Notes: generated by a model not told the origin, from the letters alone. A stretch of 64,000 nucleotides of DNA from Pontiella sp. (GCA_050290185.1 JBNKHE010000003.1:128001-192000), one strand, 5' to 3'. Numbered from the stretch's first letter, positions 1 through 10,221 are shown. Numbers and translations are program-made.

Positions 1-459
1 AACGGCGAAGAGACCGGCAGGCTTCAATCCTTTCGCAGTCGGATAGCCACCACACCACCCGATACCGAAGTCGCATTGAAGATATTCCGCGACGGCGAGT
101 ATATGAACATTTCGGCGGTCACGCAGGCTATGGGCAGCGAAGGCGCCATGGCGGGCGATGCACCCGGTTCCGGCGCGCTCGAAAAACTCGGATTGTCGGT
201 GCAGGATATGGATGAGGAAACGTTTCGGCGGTGGGGTTATCCGGAATATGGTGTGATGATTTCCGATGTGGTGCAGTATAGTGCGGCTTGGCGCGCCGGC
301 CTCCGCCACGGGCAGATAATCCTGAGCGTGAACCGGAACCGGATTGAAAACGCCGAGGAGTTCACCCGCATCCTGAACAGCTCTGCCGGCGACGGGCGGG
401 TGTTGCTGTTGGTATCCGATGGGCGTGGAGCCCGGTATGTCGTGCTTTCCATGAATTAG
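1..459 (+). CDS. DegP/HtrA (Do)-family serine protease, C-terminal PDZ domains (5'-truncated by window)
   Basis: Frame 1 is open from base 1 (NGEETGRLQSFRSRIATTPPDTEVALKIFRDG). It is followed by a second PDZ-like unit (LGLSVQD...GVMISDV...SAAWRAGLRHGQIILSVN). Confidence 0.8.
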   Translation, partial: NGEETGRLQSFRSRIATTPPDTEVALKIFRDGEYMNISAVTQAMGSEGAMAGDAPGSGALEKLGLSVQDMDEETFRRWGYPEYGVMISDVVQYSAAWRAGLRHGQIILSVNRNRIENAEEFTRILNSSAGDGRVLLLVSDGRGARYVVLSMN

Positions 460-470
460 CTGCCATGCGG

Positions 471-1727
471 TCAGCCCAGAAAGTCCAGGGGCTTGAAGGG
501 TTTTTGCAGGATGGGTTTGCTGTCAACGGCCAGGTGCTTTTCAAGCACGGTAGCGTAGACTGAGCGATAATCTACGGTATGGACGATGTCGCCTTTGTCG
601 AGGTCGGCGGGGCTCAGGCTGGGACGTCTTCCATGCAGGCCGCCTTTCACGGATCCGCCCATGATGAACACGGGCGCGGCGACGCCGTGATCAGTGCCCC
701 CGCTCGCATTTTCCGCCAGGCGCCGGCCGAATTCGGAAAAGACCAACATGCAGACGCGTCCCACCTGATGACTTTTGGTCATTTCGTCCATGAACGCCTG
801 CATGGCATCGCTCCATTCCTTAAGACGGGCGGCATGGGTGCCGGATTGGTTGGCATGGGTATCGAAGCCGCCGTGTGTAAGGTAGTAGATGCGGGTGGGC
901 ATACGGCCGCGAATCAGTTGCGCAACCATCTGCATTTCCTTGGCGAATCGTGCGTTGGGAAAGGAAGTCTGCGGTTTGATTTTGTCCAGAATCTTCTCAA
1001 TCTGCTGCGCACTGGTCTTTGCATCGGATGCGGTATGCTTGAGAAAGTCCAGCGGGCTGATTACTGGATTTCCGGTTGCACCACCACCGGAGAGTTCGGC
1101 AATGGAATCGCCGGCGGTATATCCATTGTCGTCGTCCATACCCATCATCTGCATCATTTCATCCGAAACGTTTTTGTTTTGGATGTTTATCCGGCGCGGG
1201 TCGCTGAAGGTAATGCCTTTGGGCATTGCGGCGGTAAAGACCTGCGGGTTTTGCGTGCCGATGCATATGCCGATACTGGCACTCTCGTGGTTGCAATAGG
1301 TATCGAAATAACGTCCCAGCCAACCATATTGTTCGGTCTTGTTGGCGTCGGAAGCGGTATGCCAGATTTCGGTGGACCGGAAGTGCGAACGGTTCGGGTT
1401 TGGATAACCAACGCCTTCGACGATGCCGAGCTGGCCGGTATCATACACCGTCCTGATCCCTGTGAGCGAGGGGTGTAATCCGGTCAATGCGTCGATCTTC
1501 AGCGCGTCGGCCGGTTTGATCGCCAGTTTCGGACGCGCGTGGTAGTAGTGATCGTTATTGATTGGAACCACGGTATTTAATCCGTCATTGCCCCCGGCAA
1601 GCTGGATGACCACGAGGATGGGCATGTCGTTCTGCAGTTGTTCGGCGGAGCAGCGTTTGGGCCAAGTCATTCCGATGGCTCCGCCCCAGGCTGTCGTGTA
1701 GACAAACCGTCGTCGATTCAGATTCAT
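471..1727 (-). CDS. DUF1501 domain protein with Tat signal
   Basis: N-terminal NRRRF twin-arginine motif. Motifs LVVIQLAGGNDGLN, NRSHF, GGFDTH, SEFGR and GTDHG. Confidence 0.88.
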   Translation of the reverse strand: MNLNRRRFVYTTAWGGAIGMTWPKRCSAEQLQNDMPILVVIQLAGGNDGLNTVVPINNDHYYHARPKLAIKPADALKIDALTGLHPSLTGIRTVYDTGQLGIVEGVGYPNPNRSHFRSTEIWHTASDANKTEQYGWLGRYFDTYCNHESASIGICIGTQNPQVFTAAMPKGITFSDPRRINIQNKNVSDEMMQMMGMDDDNGYTAGDSIAELSGGGATGNPVISPLDFLKHTASDAKTSAQQIEKILDKIKPQTSFPNARFAKEMQMVAQLIRGRMPTRIYYLTHGGFDTHANQSGTHAARLKEWSDAMQAFMDEMTKSHQVGRVCMLVFSEFGRRLAENASGGTDHGVAAPVFIMGGSVKGGLHGRRPSLSPADLDKGDIVHTVDYRSVYATVLEKHLAVDSKPILQKPFKPLDFLG

Positions 1728-1744
1728 GGAGATCCTCCTTTAGA

Positions 1745-3169
1745 CTAAGTCAACTGGAACTGCGGGGTACACATCATGGTACGATAAATGGTGCGAATCT
1801 GTGCATCGGTCCATTGGTTCGAGGGGGGAAGGCTGGACAGATAGGCGGACAGGTTGTTCCGCTCCTCTCCGGCGAGTCGGGACTGATAGACCCGGCGCTC
1901 CAGATAGTTCTGCGCGGCTTCCGTACGGGTGCGGTAATTGCGCGGAAGTATGGTTTCGCCATTCACCGCGGTACGGGCGCCAGCGGATTTTTTTCGCGAA
2001 TTAACCAGGCTGTCAGCGAGGTTGTAGCGCTGCGTCAGTGTTGACGTGGTAATCCATGCATAGCCTCCGTCCCATCCTTTGACGTTTGGTGGCGCAAAAA
2101 GCTCTTGGCCGAGCGATCGCAAGGCATTGAAACAAAGGCCGGGGTTTGGTGGTTCTCTCCCAAGCATGATGCAGGAGCCTGCCAGCCACTGCACCGGGCT
2201 CTTGATTTGGGTACGTAACGCTTTATCGCTATAGAATGCCTCGCTGGAAAAAATAGATTTTAATAGCGGGGTCAGATCATAGCCGTTCCGGCGAAATTCC
2301 TCTGACAGTGCTTCTATAATATCCGATTCCGGATTGTCGTAGGCGAAGAAGCGCCAGAGTTTGGTTACCAGGAAACGCGCGGCCTGCTCCTGGTTGAGGA
2401 TGATCCTGATAATGTCGTTCCCGTCAAAGTTACCTCGCTTCTCGAAAAATTCCTTTGCGCCATTATCGTGAAGTCCGCGTCTGCCGCTGGCGGTAGCATC
2501 AAGGAATTCGTATTTTCGGGGCGCGACCATCCATCCCGTGAAGGCGCGGGCCGCCTCCTTGATGTCCTGTTCCGTGTAATGCCCCTCACCCAACGTGAAA
2601 AGTTCCATGAGTTCGCGCGCAAAGTTTTCGTTCGGTGCTCCTGCTCGCGAGCGCGTATTATCGAGGTAGATCAGCATGGCCGGATCCTGTGCTATGGCCG
2701 TGATCAGATCCTCATAGCTACCCATGGCCAGTTTTCGCAGGGTCTGGTTCTGTAGATACATCATGTAGGTGGTGCGCACTTTACGAATGCTGGTCGCAAA
2801 ATGTCCGTGCCAGAACAGCGCCATTTTTTCCTGTAATGGACAAGGGGTGTTGATCATTTGGCGCAACCACCAGTTCAGCAGATCGCGATGCTGGCGGTTT
2901 TGCTCCTTACGCATGGCATTGCGTTGCTGACGCCGTTGCGCTTCGGGAAGCTGGCGCAGGGCCTTGAAATCGGGTTTGTTTTCAATGCCCGGCACCACCC
3001 AGTCGGGCGGATCAGGTTCGTTCCGGGACTTGAACAGGCCGTTAATCACCTCGGTAAACGGTCGTCTGGCAGCGATGTCAATCTGTTCGGGCGTAGCTCC
3101 AAAACCACTTCGTGCGAGGAGATGAGCGGCGTATTGGTGATTCCACTTGTCCGGAGCCAGCACTTTCAT
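1745..3169 (-). CDS. DUF1800 family protein
   Basis: Motifs HLLARSGFG, EKMALFWHGHFAT, PAMLIYLDN, PNENFARELMELFTLG and PPNVKGW. Start moved to ATG 3169 (MKVLAP), which has an AGGAG RBS. Typical partner of DUF1501. Confidence 0.88.
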   Translation of the reverse strand: MKVLAPDKWNHQYAAHLLARSGFGATPEQIDIAARRPFTEVINGLFKSRNEPDPPDWVVPGIENKPDFKALRQLPEAQRRQQRNAMRKEQNRQHRDLLNWWLRQMINTPCPLQEKMALFWHGHFATSIRKVRTTYMMYLQNQTLRKLAMGSYEDLITAIAQDPAMLIYLDNTRSRAGAPNENFARELMELFTLGEGHYTEQDIKEAARAFTGWMVAPRKYEFLDATASGRRGLHDNGAKEFFEKRGNFDGNDIIRIILNQEQAARFLVTKLWRFFAYDNPESDIIEALSEEFRRNGYDLTPLLKSIFSSEAFYSDKALRTQIKSPVQWLAGSCIMLGREPPNPGLCFNALRSLGQELFAPPNVKGWDGGYAWITTSTLTQRYNLADSLVNSRKKSAGARTAVNGETILPRNYRTRTEAAQNYLERRVYQSRLAGEERNNLSAYLSSLPPSNQWTDAQIRTIYRTMMCTPQFQLT

Positions 3170-3340
3170 CGACCCAATCTCCTTCCATGACAGGCACAAG
3201 GTGGATAAAAGAACGGATTGTGCCATTAGGATATTGTGATGAATTTGACAGACGAGATAAACCACATTCGGTCCCTTGAAAAAAGGGCTTTCTATTTTCC
3301 GGCCATTGGAAATAATGGCGGGCAACAATTTGGAAAACAC

Positions 3341-5875
3341 ATGCGCTATTTCTCTCAAACCATTCTATTGCTTCTTTTCATGTTTTGCGCAGCGGGTTCC
3401 GGTGTTCTGGCGGAGGTCGGAAATCCTTCAAGCGAGCGCTTTCCGACGATCCAGGCTTCGCTGGATGACGGGTTCTTTTCCCTGGCCGAACAGCAGGCTC
3501 GCGGCGTACTCCTGACGGAGCCGAACGAAGCCGACCGGCGCGAGGCCACCCTGTTGCTCGCCCATTCGCTATGGGGGCAGAAGCGCTATTCGGAAGTGCT
3601 CCGTCAGCTGATGGAAGAGGATAACGGGCCCGATATGGCCTATTGGCGTGCCCGCGCTTATTTTGAATTGCGGCAATACGAAAACGCGCTTGATGCATTG
3701 CTGGCGGGTGATGAAGGCATGGAGGGCACCGCTTATGCGCCGGCCGCCCTGCGGCTCAAGGGGCGGATGCAACAGCTTATGGGCCGGCTTGAAGAAGCCG
3801 AAAAAACCTACAAACAGTTTGCCCGCGATTATCCCTGGCATGCCGGTACCGTCGACAACATGCTGGACCTCGCCGATGTCTATCTGGCGCAGGAACGTTA
3901 TTCGGAGGCCAGAAGTCTCTACGAAGCGCTCCTCAAGGAACCGGATGAAACGGGGGCACACCTGGCCCAGCTGAAGCTGGCTCATGTGCTCTATACCACA
4001 GGCGATGCAGGGGACGTGGCTGCCGCTCGTACGCTCCTGGGGACGTTGGCGTCTGACGAAACGACGAGCCTTGCCTACCGCATTGATGCCTATGTCGATC
4101 TGGCGGCGCTAGAAGAGCAGGCAGGAAGATTTGCGGAATCCGTCGCGGATCTGCGCAAGGGAATCGCGCTTTCGCCGGATGCGCGTTTGCGGGTGTCGCT
4201 CAAGTTGTCGCTTGCCCGTATGCTCCTTCGGGCTGATGATATTTCCGGTGCACTGAAACTGCTGGAAGAGTGCCGTACCGAGGCCCCGGACCGACGGGTT
4301 GCTGCGGAGCTTCAGCTTGAAAAGGCCGGGGCATTTTTGCAGGCGGAGCGCTTCGGTGAAGCTGACGAGGCCTATCAGGTGTATCTGGATGTAGCCGACG
4401 ATCCCCAGGGGTTGGCCCGCGCCTATTTCGGCAAGGGGGTTGCGCTCTGGGGACTTGGGCGGTATGTCGAATCGGCTACGCTGTTTGACAAGGCGGAGTT
4501 GGCGCTGACTGATTCCGACGAGAAGGCTGCTGCCTTGATCAAGGCGGGCGACGCCTATTATCAGGCCGGGCGGCTGGATGAATCCGAGAAACGCTACCGT
4601 AGGTTCCTTTCCGAATATGCCGGCAATGAAAACATGCCTGGTGTATTCTACCAGCTTGGGATGGTGCTGGCCAAAATAGGGCGCCGGTCGGAGGCGTTGA
4701 CCACCTTTGACATTGTGGAAACAAGTTACCCGGATAGTTCGTTCGCCGAGAAAGCGGCCATGCGTTCGGCGGATATCATGAGAGCTAATGGGCAATGGGA
4801 AGAAGCCCTTCAGAAGTATACCAGGATCAGTGAAACGTATACCAACAGCGCCGAGGTTGCGCTGGCGCAGCACTATCGTGGTTTGGTGCTCTACCGACTG
4901 GGGCGCTATGCAGATGCGCAGAAGGTGTTTGAATATGAGGCCGAAAACCATCCCGACAGCGAACACGCCCCGCAGGCGTTCTACATGCGCGGGTTCTGCC
5001 TCTATTCCCAGGGGCATGTGGACGAGGCGGTCGAGACCTGCCGGCAGTTCATCAAGACGTATCCGGATACTACGTGGACCCCGGAAGTTATTTTCTGGCT
5101 GGCCGAGCTCTATTTCAATCAGGGGAAGTATACCGATGCCGAGCCGCTCTTCTTGCAGGTCGCCAACGATTTCAAGGAGCATGCGCTGGCGCCGCGCGCG
5201 TTGTACTGGGCCGGGCGTGCCGCGTCGGCGCAGTCTGACTATGTGAGTGCCAATGAACGCTACAGCGCGGTGGCCAAACGGTATCCCGACAGTGATATTC
5301 TACCGCAGGTCCGATTTGCGCAAGGCGATGCGCTCACAGAAATCGGTGAGTTTTCGCGTGCGATCCAGGCGTTCGACGAGATCATTCGGAAATATCCGGA
5401 CAGCGGGCTGGTCAACGCGGCGTGGGGGCGCAAGGGTGACTGCCAGTTTTCGCTGGCCGTGGATAGTCCGGCCCGCTACGAAGAGGCGATGAATTCCTAC
5501 CAAGCCATCTTGGACAGGCCGTCGGCGCCGGACGCTCTCAAGATGGAGGCGGAATACGCGGTGGGGCGCTGCCTCGAGGAGCTGGGCATGTTCGATAAGG
5601 CCTTCAGTCGCTACATGAACGTGGTGTACTCCTTCAAGACGGTTGACCGCACCCCTCATAGCGGGCGGTGGCTTACCCGTTCGGCTTTTGCCGCTGCGGC
5701 GTTGAAGGAAAACGAAGAGGCATGGAAAGATGCCGTTAACATCTACGAGCGGGTGGTCGAAGCCGATGTTGCGGCCAAGGACGATGCCCTCAAGCGTATC
5801 GAGAAAATAAAAAAGGCGAACTGGTTGCTGTTTCAGCAGGCCGAGGAGATGAGCGATGTTGGAACTGATGATTAA
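3341..5875 (+). CDS. Large exported tetratricopeptide-repeat protein (844 aa)
   Basis: Signal peptide MRYFSQTILLLLFMFCAAG. Many CpoB/BamD-like TPR units ending in YPDS/HPDS. Start taken at ATG 3341. Confidence 0.8.
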   Translation: MRYFSQTILLLLFMFCAAGSGVLAEVGNPSSERFPTIQASLDDGFFSLAEQQARGVLLTEPNEADRREATLLLAHSLWGQKRYSEVLRQLMEEDNGPDMAYWRARAYFELRQYENALDALLAGDEGMEGTAYAPAALRLKGRMQQLMGRLEEAEKTYKQFARDYPWHAGTVDNMLDLADVYLAQERYSEARSLYEALLKEPDETGAHLAQLKLAHVLYTTGDAGDVAAARTLLGTLASDETTSLAYRIDAYVDLAALEEQAGRFAESVADLRKGIALSPDARLRVSLKLSLARMLLRADDISGALKLLEECRTEAPDRRVAAELQLEKAGAFLQAERFGEADEAYQVYLDVADDPQGLARAYFGKGVALWGLGRYVESATLFDKAELALTDSDEKAAALIKAGDAYYQAGRLDESEKRYRRFLSEYAGNENMPGVFYQLGMVLAKIGRRSEALTTFDIVETSYPDSSFAEKAAMRSADIMRANGQWEEALQKYTRISETYTNSAEVALAQHYRGLVLYRLGRYADAQKVFEYEAENHPDSEHAPQAFYMRGFCLYSQGHVDEAVETCRQFIKTYPDTTWTPEVIFWLAELYFNQGKYTDAEPLFLQVANDFKEHALAPRALYWAGRAASAQSDYVSANERYSAVAKRYPDSDILPQVRFAQGDALTEIGEFSRAIQAFDEIIRKYPDSGLVNAAWGRKGDCQFSLAVDSPARYEEAMNSYQAILDRPSAPDALKMEAEYAVGRCLEELGMFDKAFSRYMNVVYSFKTVDRTPHSGRWLTRSAFAAAALKENEEAWKDAVNIYERVVEADVAAKDDALKRIEKIKKANWLLFQQAEEMSDVGTDD

Positions 5876-6497
5876 AGGCGGATGGATCATGTGGCCAATC
5901 ATGGCGTGCAGTGTGGCTGCGGCCGCGTTGTTTCTGGAACGCGTGTTTCATCTGCACCGTGCGCAGATTAAGCAGGAAGATTTTCTGAGCGGTATCTACA
6001 CGATCGTCAATCGCGGCAATGTTGCCGAAGCGGTTTCAATTTGCGACCAAACGCCCGGCCCCGTAGCCCATATCGTGCGGGTGGCGCTGCTTCACTCGGA
6101 TGAAGAGCGCCAAGAGCTGAAGCAGACCATTACGAAAGCGGGTCTGGCCGAGGTGCCGCGATTGGAAAAAAACCTGGGCGGCTTGCTGACCATTGCGCAG
6201 ATAAGCCCTCTGCTTGGACTGCTGGGAACGATCATCGGGCTCGTTAGTGTGTTTGCAGGTATGGAGCAGCATGCGCCACTGGCGGAGATCGGCGACCTCT
6301 CGGCCGGCATTTGGCAGGCCCTGCTGACCAGTGCCGTTGGGCTCTGTGTATCGATTCCTTCGTTTGCGGGATACAACTTCCTGCTAAGCCGGGTCGAACG
6401 GATCACCTTGAACATGGATTTTGCGGCGGAAGACATATACCGCTATCTGGTGTATGACCGTGCTGCGGCCGGAGTGTCCAACGATGAAACCATTTGA
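5856..6497 (+). CDS. MotA/TolQ/ExbB proton channel protein
   Basis: GGWIMWPI, SPLLGLLGTIIG and GIWQALLTSAVGL motifs. Confidence 0.9.
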   Translation: MLELMIKGGWIMWPIMACSVAAAALFLERVFHLHRAQIKQEDFLSGIYTIVNRGNVAEAVSICDQTPGPVAHIVRVALLHSDEERQELKQTITKAGLAEVPRLEKNLGGLLTIAQISPLLGLLGTIIGLVSVFAGMEQHAPLAEIGDLSAGIWQALLTSAVGLCVSIPSFAGYNFLLSRVERITLNMDFAAEDIYRYLVYDRAAAGVSNDETI

Positions 6498-6942
6498 TCC
6501 CCATAAACGAAGCAAGGCGCTACGCTCGTTCACGCCGACGCGGAAACGGGTGGGGGTCTTCACGATTGCCGTGGCCTTTTGCGATGCCTCCTTGCTCGCC
6601 TTGGCGTTCTTTTTGGCCGTTTCCCCTTTTGTCCTGCAACCGGGAATAAACATCAACTTACCAAAGTCGCCGCTGAGCGGAGGCGCGCGATTTGATTCTA
6701 TGGTGTTGTCGATCACCCGCGGTGGTTGGTTCTATTTCAACGACAAGCGCCTCGATTCCGACCGTCTTGTTGAAGCCTTGGAGATGGCGGCCCATAGGAA
6801 TCCGGGCATGCCGCTGATCATCGAGGCCGACAAGGATGTGGCGCACGGCCGGGTGGTCGAAGCCTGGAACGCAGCCATGTCCGCCGGAATCGGGCAGATA
6901 TCCATCGCTACGGGAATCGCGGCGCTGGAGGAGGCTCCGTGA
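6484..6942 (+). CDS. ExbD/TolR family protein
   Basis: TM helix with Asp (FCDASLL), GININLP and IIEADKDVAHGRVV. Directly follows exbB. Start ATG 6484. Confidence 0.82.
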   Translation: MKPFDPHKRSKALRSFTPTRKRVGVFTIAVAFCDASLLALAFFLAVSPFVLQPGININLPKSPLSGGARFDSMVLSITRGGWFYFNDKRLDSDRLVEALEMAAHRNPGMPLIIEADKDVAHGRVVEAWNAAMSAGIGQISIATGIAALEEAP

Positions 6943-7673
6943 AGCATTCCCCGTCCAGGGGAATGGTCCTGTCCATTGGAACGGCGGTGCTGATGCACCT
7001 GTTGCTGTTTGCTGTGGCTATACCGGCATATGATGCGGAGTTGCCCTCTATTCCTGTTCCACCCGAGACCTGCTATGCCATGCCTGATGCCAACGAACTG
7101 GTTGATGTGAATACGGTGCGCCTGGTTAATTCTCCAGTCGTTTTTTCGTTGCCGTCGCCGTTGGGCTTCAGCCGGGAGCTGGAGGATCACGATGTACAGA
7201 ACCAGAAAACCTTTACCCCGCTGCACGTCCGTAGCGAATATTTTCTTACGGTGGTTCCCGTTGTGACCGATGCGGGAGACTGTCTGCGTCCTGAACAGAT
7301 GATGATTTCGGCCTCTGTGCGCGAGCCCAGGCTTCCCGTTTCGCCGGCCATGCGGTCTTCTTCGCCGCATTCGAACGCTAAACGCGTGTTGATTTCCCCC
7401 CGTCTGAGCGGGCGCTTGATGGGCGGGGTTGTGTTGCCCTCGGACTTGAACCAAGCGGTAGAAAAGCCATGGGTGGTCCATGCTTCGGTCCGCATCTCCG
7501 AGCAAGGTGCGGTGGAGCATGTCTTTCTGGATGAGCCTCTCGATTCGCCGGTGCTGAACCAGCAGGTTCTGCAGGTGCTTTATGGCCTGCGTTTTCAACC
7601 CGGTCCAGCCATGGAAAGCAGCATCGAAATATACTCTCCTGAAACCGATATCCAGACCGGGAGGACGAAATGA
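6939..7673 (+). CDS. TonB-like energy transducer (putative)
   Basis: N-terminal TM with His (AVLMH), Pro-rich linker, and C-terminal VRISEQGAVEHV...LNQQVLQVLYGLRFQP resembling TonB_C. GTGA overlap with exbD. Confidence 0.55.
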   Translation: MKHSPSRGMVLSIGTAVLMHLLLFAVAIPAYDAELPSIPVPPETCYAMPDANELVDVNTVRLVNSPVVFSLPSPLGFSRELEDHDVQNQKTFTPLHVRSEYFLTVVPVVTDAGDCLRPEQMMISASVREPRLPVSPAMRSSSPHSNAKRVLISPRLSGRLMGGVVLPSDLNQAVEKPWVVHASVRISEQGAVEHVFLDEPLDSPVLNQQVLQVLYGLRFQPGPAMESSIEIYSPETDIQTGRTK

Positions 7674-7900
7674 TCGCGCTGGAACCGGCGACTATTCTGG
7701 TGTTCTTTGTGAGTGTGCCATTGCTGGTGACAGCCGTGTTGGCGCTGTTTTATGCCATGCGTTCGCTGCATCGTCCGATGCGCTCCCATGAAAGCATCTA
7801 CGAATGCGCCCATTGCGGGCATGTCTATGCTATTGCACGTAGCCGTCCCATGGACCGGTGTCCCCGCTGCGGTACGCTGAACGACGCTGTCGGGACATAA
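7670..7900 (+). CDS. Small membrane protein with zinc ribbon
   Basis: One TM helix followed by CAHC...CPRC. GGAGG RBS and ATGA overlap with the upstream gene. Confidence 0.72.
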   Translation: MIALEPATILVFFVSVPLLVTAVLALFYAMRSLHRPMRSHESIYECAHCGHVYAIARSRPMDRCPRCGTLNDAVGT

Positions 7901-7904
7901 TCTT

Positions 7905-9524
7905 CTAGGTTAACGGGCCGCCGGGTTTATCGTTGATGACCGTATCGGCCGCGTTCTGCGAAGGCTCTGGATGGTCGGCCATGTAGTGCAGGCCGCGGGT
8001 TTCCTTGCGCTGTTCGGCGGAACGGATAATCAGCTCTGCAACGTCGGCGATATTGCGCAGTTCGAGCAGGTCGGAGGTGACGAGGTAGTCGCCATAGTAT
8101 TCTTTGATCTCCTGCCGCAGGTTGCGTATACGCGCCCGGGCCCGGGCCAGCCGGCGGTCGGAGCGGACGATGCCGACATAGTCCCACATGGCGGTGCGCA
8201 CTTCGTTCCAGTTGTGTTCAACCACCACCGCTTCATCGGATGAGACCGCTTCGCCGCATCGCCAGGGGGGAATCGGTACTTCTTCACGGAAATCCTGCCA
8301 GACTCTGGAAATTTCAAGGGCGGTTTCGTGCCCGCAAACGAGGGCTTCGAGCAGGGAGTTGCTGGCCAGACGGTTGGCACCATGGAGGCCGGTGCTGGCG
8401 ACCTCGCCGCAGGCATAGAGGCCGGGCAGGGCAGTGGTACCGTTGACCTCGGCCACGACGCCGCCGCAGGAGTAGTGAGCGGCCGGTACGACGGGGATGG
8501 GATCCTTCGCCATGTTTATTCCGTAGTGCAGACAGGCCGCATAGAGATTGGGAAAACGTTCGCGCAAAAATAATTCCGAGCGGTGGGTAATGTCGAGGTA
8601 CACATAGGGGTCGCCGTGCTTCTTCATGACAGAGTCAATGGCCCGGGCGGTAATGTCCCGTGTGGCCAGCGAGCCGCGTTTGTCGAAATCCTTCATGAAG
8701 GATTTCCCCCGGATATCCTTCAGCTCGGCGCCTTCGCCGCGGACGGCTTCGGAAATCAGGAAAGATTTGGCCTCCGGATGGTAGAGACAGGTGGGATGAA
8801 ACTGGACGAACTCCATGTTGCGGACGGGTAACCCGGCCCGCCAGGCCATGGCCACGCCGTCGCCGGTGGCAATGTCGGGGTTGGAAGTATAGGGATAGAC
8901 TTTGCCGAGTCCGCCGGAGGCCAGTACGGTGCAGGCGGCATGGACCGGAAAGATTTCGTTGGAGGTCTTGTCGAGAAGGTAGGCGCCGACACAACGGTTG
9001 CTTCCGGGGTGACCGATCCATTCGGTGGTAACGAGGTCAATCGCCATCAGGTTTTCCCGGATGGTGATATTATCCTGTTCGCGGGCGTGTTCGATCAGGC
9101 CCTGCATCATGGCCTGTCCGGTAATATCGCCGGCGTGCAGAACCCGGCGGTGCGAATGCCCGCCTTCCTGTCCAAGATCATACTCGTTTTCGTAACCCTT
9201 GCGCCGGCGGCGGTCGAACTCAATACCCATTTGTTCGAGTTCCATGATCCGTTCGTAACCACTTCCGACGATATGGCGTACAATGTCGATATCGCTTAGG
9301 CCCTGGCCGGTATTCAGCGTGTCCTGCACATGGGCCTCGATGGAGTCCTTGGGATCCACAACGCAGGCAATGCCGCCTTGGGCATAAAAGCTGTTGCACT
9401 CCGATGCATTGACCTTGCTCGCCACCAGCACGGTGCCGTGTTTGCTCAGTTCCATGGCGGCGGTCAATCCGGCAAGGCCGGAACCGATTACAAGAAAGTC
9501 GACGTTTTTATGGGTGTTATTCAT
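7905..9524 (-). CDS. nadB: L-aspartate oxidase
   Basis: GSGLAG FAD motif, SFYAQGGIA, EGGHSHRR, QFHPT, LISEAVRGEG and GLHGANRLASNSLLE. Confidence 0.95.
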   Translation of the reverse strand: MNNTHKNVDFLVIGSGLAGLTAAMELSKHGTVLVASKVNASECNSFYAQGGIACVVDPKDSIEAHVQDTLNTGQGLSDIDIVRHIVGSGYERIMELEQMGIEFDRRRRKGYENEYDLGQEGGHSHRRVLHAGDITGQAMMQGLIEHAREQDNITIRENLMAIDLVTTEWIGHPGSNRCVGAYLLDKTSNEIFPVHAACTVLASGGLGKVYPYTSNPDIATGDGVAMAWRAGLPVRNMEFVQFHPTCLYHPEAKSFLISEAVRGEGAELKDIRGKSFMKDFDKRGSLATRDITARAIDSVMKKHGDPYVYLDITHRSELFLRERFPNLYAACLHYGINMAKDPIPVVPAAHYSCGGVVAEVNGTTALPGLYACGEVASTGLHGANRLASNSLLEALVCGHETALEISRVWQDFREEVPIPPWRCGEAVSSDEAVVVEHNWNEVRTAMWDYVGIVRSDRRLARARARIRNLRQEIKEYYGDYLVTSDLLELRNIADVAELIIRSAEQRKETRGLHYMADHPEPSQNAADTVINDKPGGPLT

Positions 9525-9793
9525 GACTGTTGCCGGATGGCTTCCTTCTCCGATTCCGCATCGTTTTTAAGTTTTACGATTTGTTCCTGACGGGTCTGCT
9601 GGATAAACGCGGCTTTGGCGGGATCGTTTTCGGAGGTCAGCTGCTGATCGAACATGATTTCGGTTTCGGCGATCTTTGCCTTCATCCTCGAATCAATTTC
9701 GGCGATCGCCGTTTTTTGCTCATCGGTTAGTTTGTTGGATCCGCCGCCTGCGCGTTCCATCGCCAGTTCGTATGCACTCTTAATTCCGCTCAT
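9521..9793 (-). CDS. Small conserved-type hypothetical protein (90 aa, KSAYELAMER N-terminus)
   Basis: ATG 9793 with GGAG RBS and a promoter just upstream. Helical, charged sequence. ATGA overlap with nadB. Confidence 0.72.
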   Translation of the reverse strand: MSGIKSAYELAMERAGGGSNKLTDEQKTAIAEIDSRMKAKIAETEIMFDQQLTSENDPAKAAFIQQTRQEQIVKLKNDAESEKEAIRQQS

Positions 9794-9814
9794 ATACTTC
9801 TCCGTTTTCCTTGG

Positions 9815-9843
9815 AATATACGTACTGCCAGGGACAACTTCAA
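9815..9843 (-). promoter_or_regulatory. Sigma70-type promoter for the small gene-nadB unit
   Basis: The minus strand reads TTGAAG-N17-TATATT, about 20 nt upstream of ATG 9793. Confidence 0.55.
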
Positions 9844-10221
9844 TCGGTAAGCCGCGTTTCCGCATTGTCCGGGTAGACGGTGACGGAGGGCATTCATCAG
9901 GTCCGGCCAGCGAGCGATCTCGCCATGGAATACGATCTTGCAATGGATACCATTGTTATTTTCCGAGGGGGATGCCGGATAGTCCTGAGGTATTTTGAAA
10001 TGGCTGGTTCCTTATGCGATTTCTTCCGGATAAGCGGTTTTCAGAGCATCTGTTTTACATAGTTTTTTGCGATGCGGGTTCTTCGGTTTTTCTGCTTCCC
10101 GATATTCCGGTGGTAATCTTCAGGTCTTCCCCATTGTCTCACCTGGCATATTAACGGGTAAGATCATCAAGTATGGGGGATCGGAAAATTCTATTGGAAA
10201 CGCTGACGTAGAACCGGGTGG

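Noticed and set aside
9850..9930. Fluoride/NAD riboswitch or hammerhead-like motif (minus-strand CTGATGA) upstream of nadB
   Set aside because: The required pairings are missing and the motif lies upstream of the predicted promoter.
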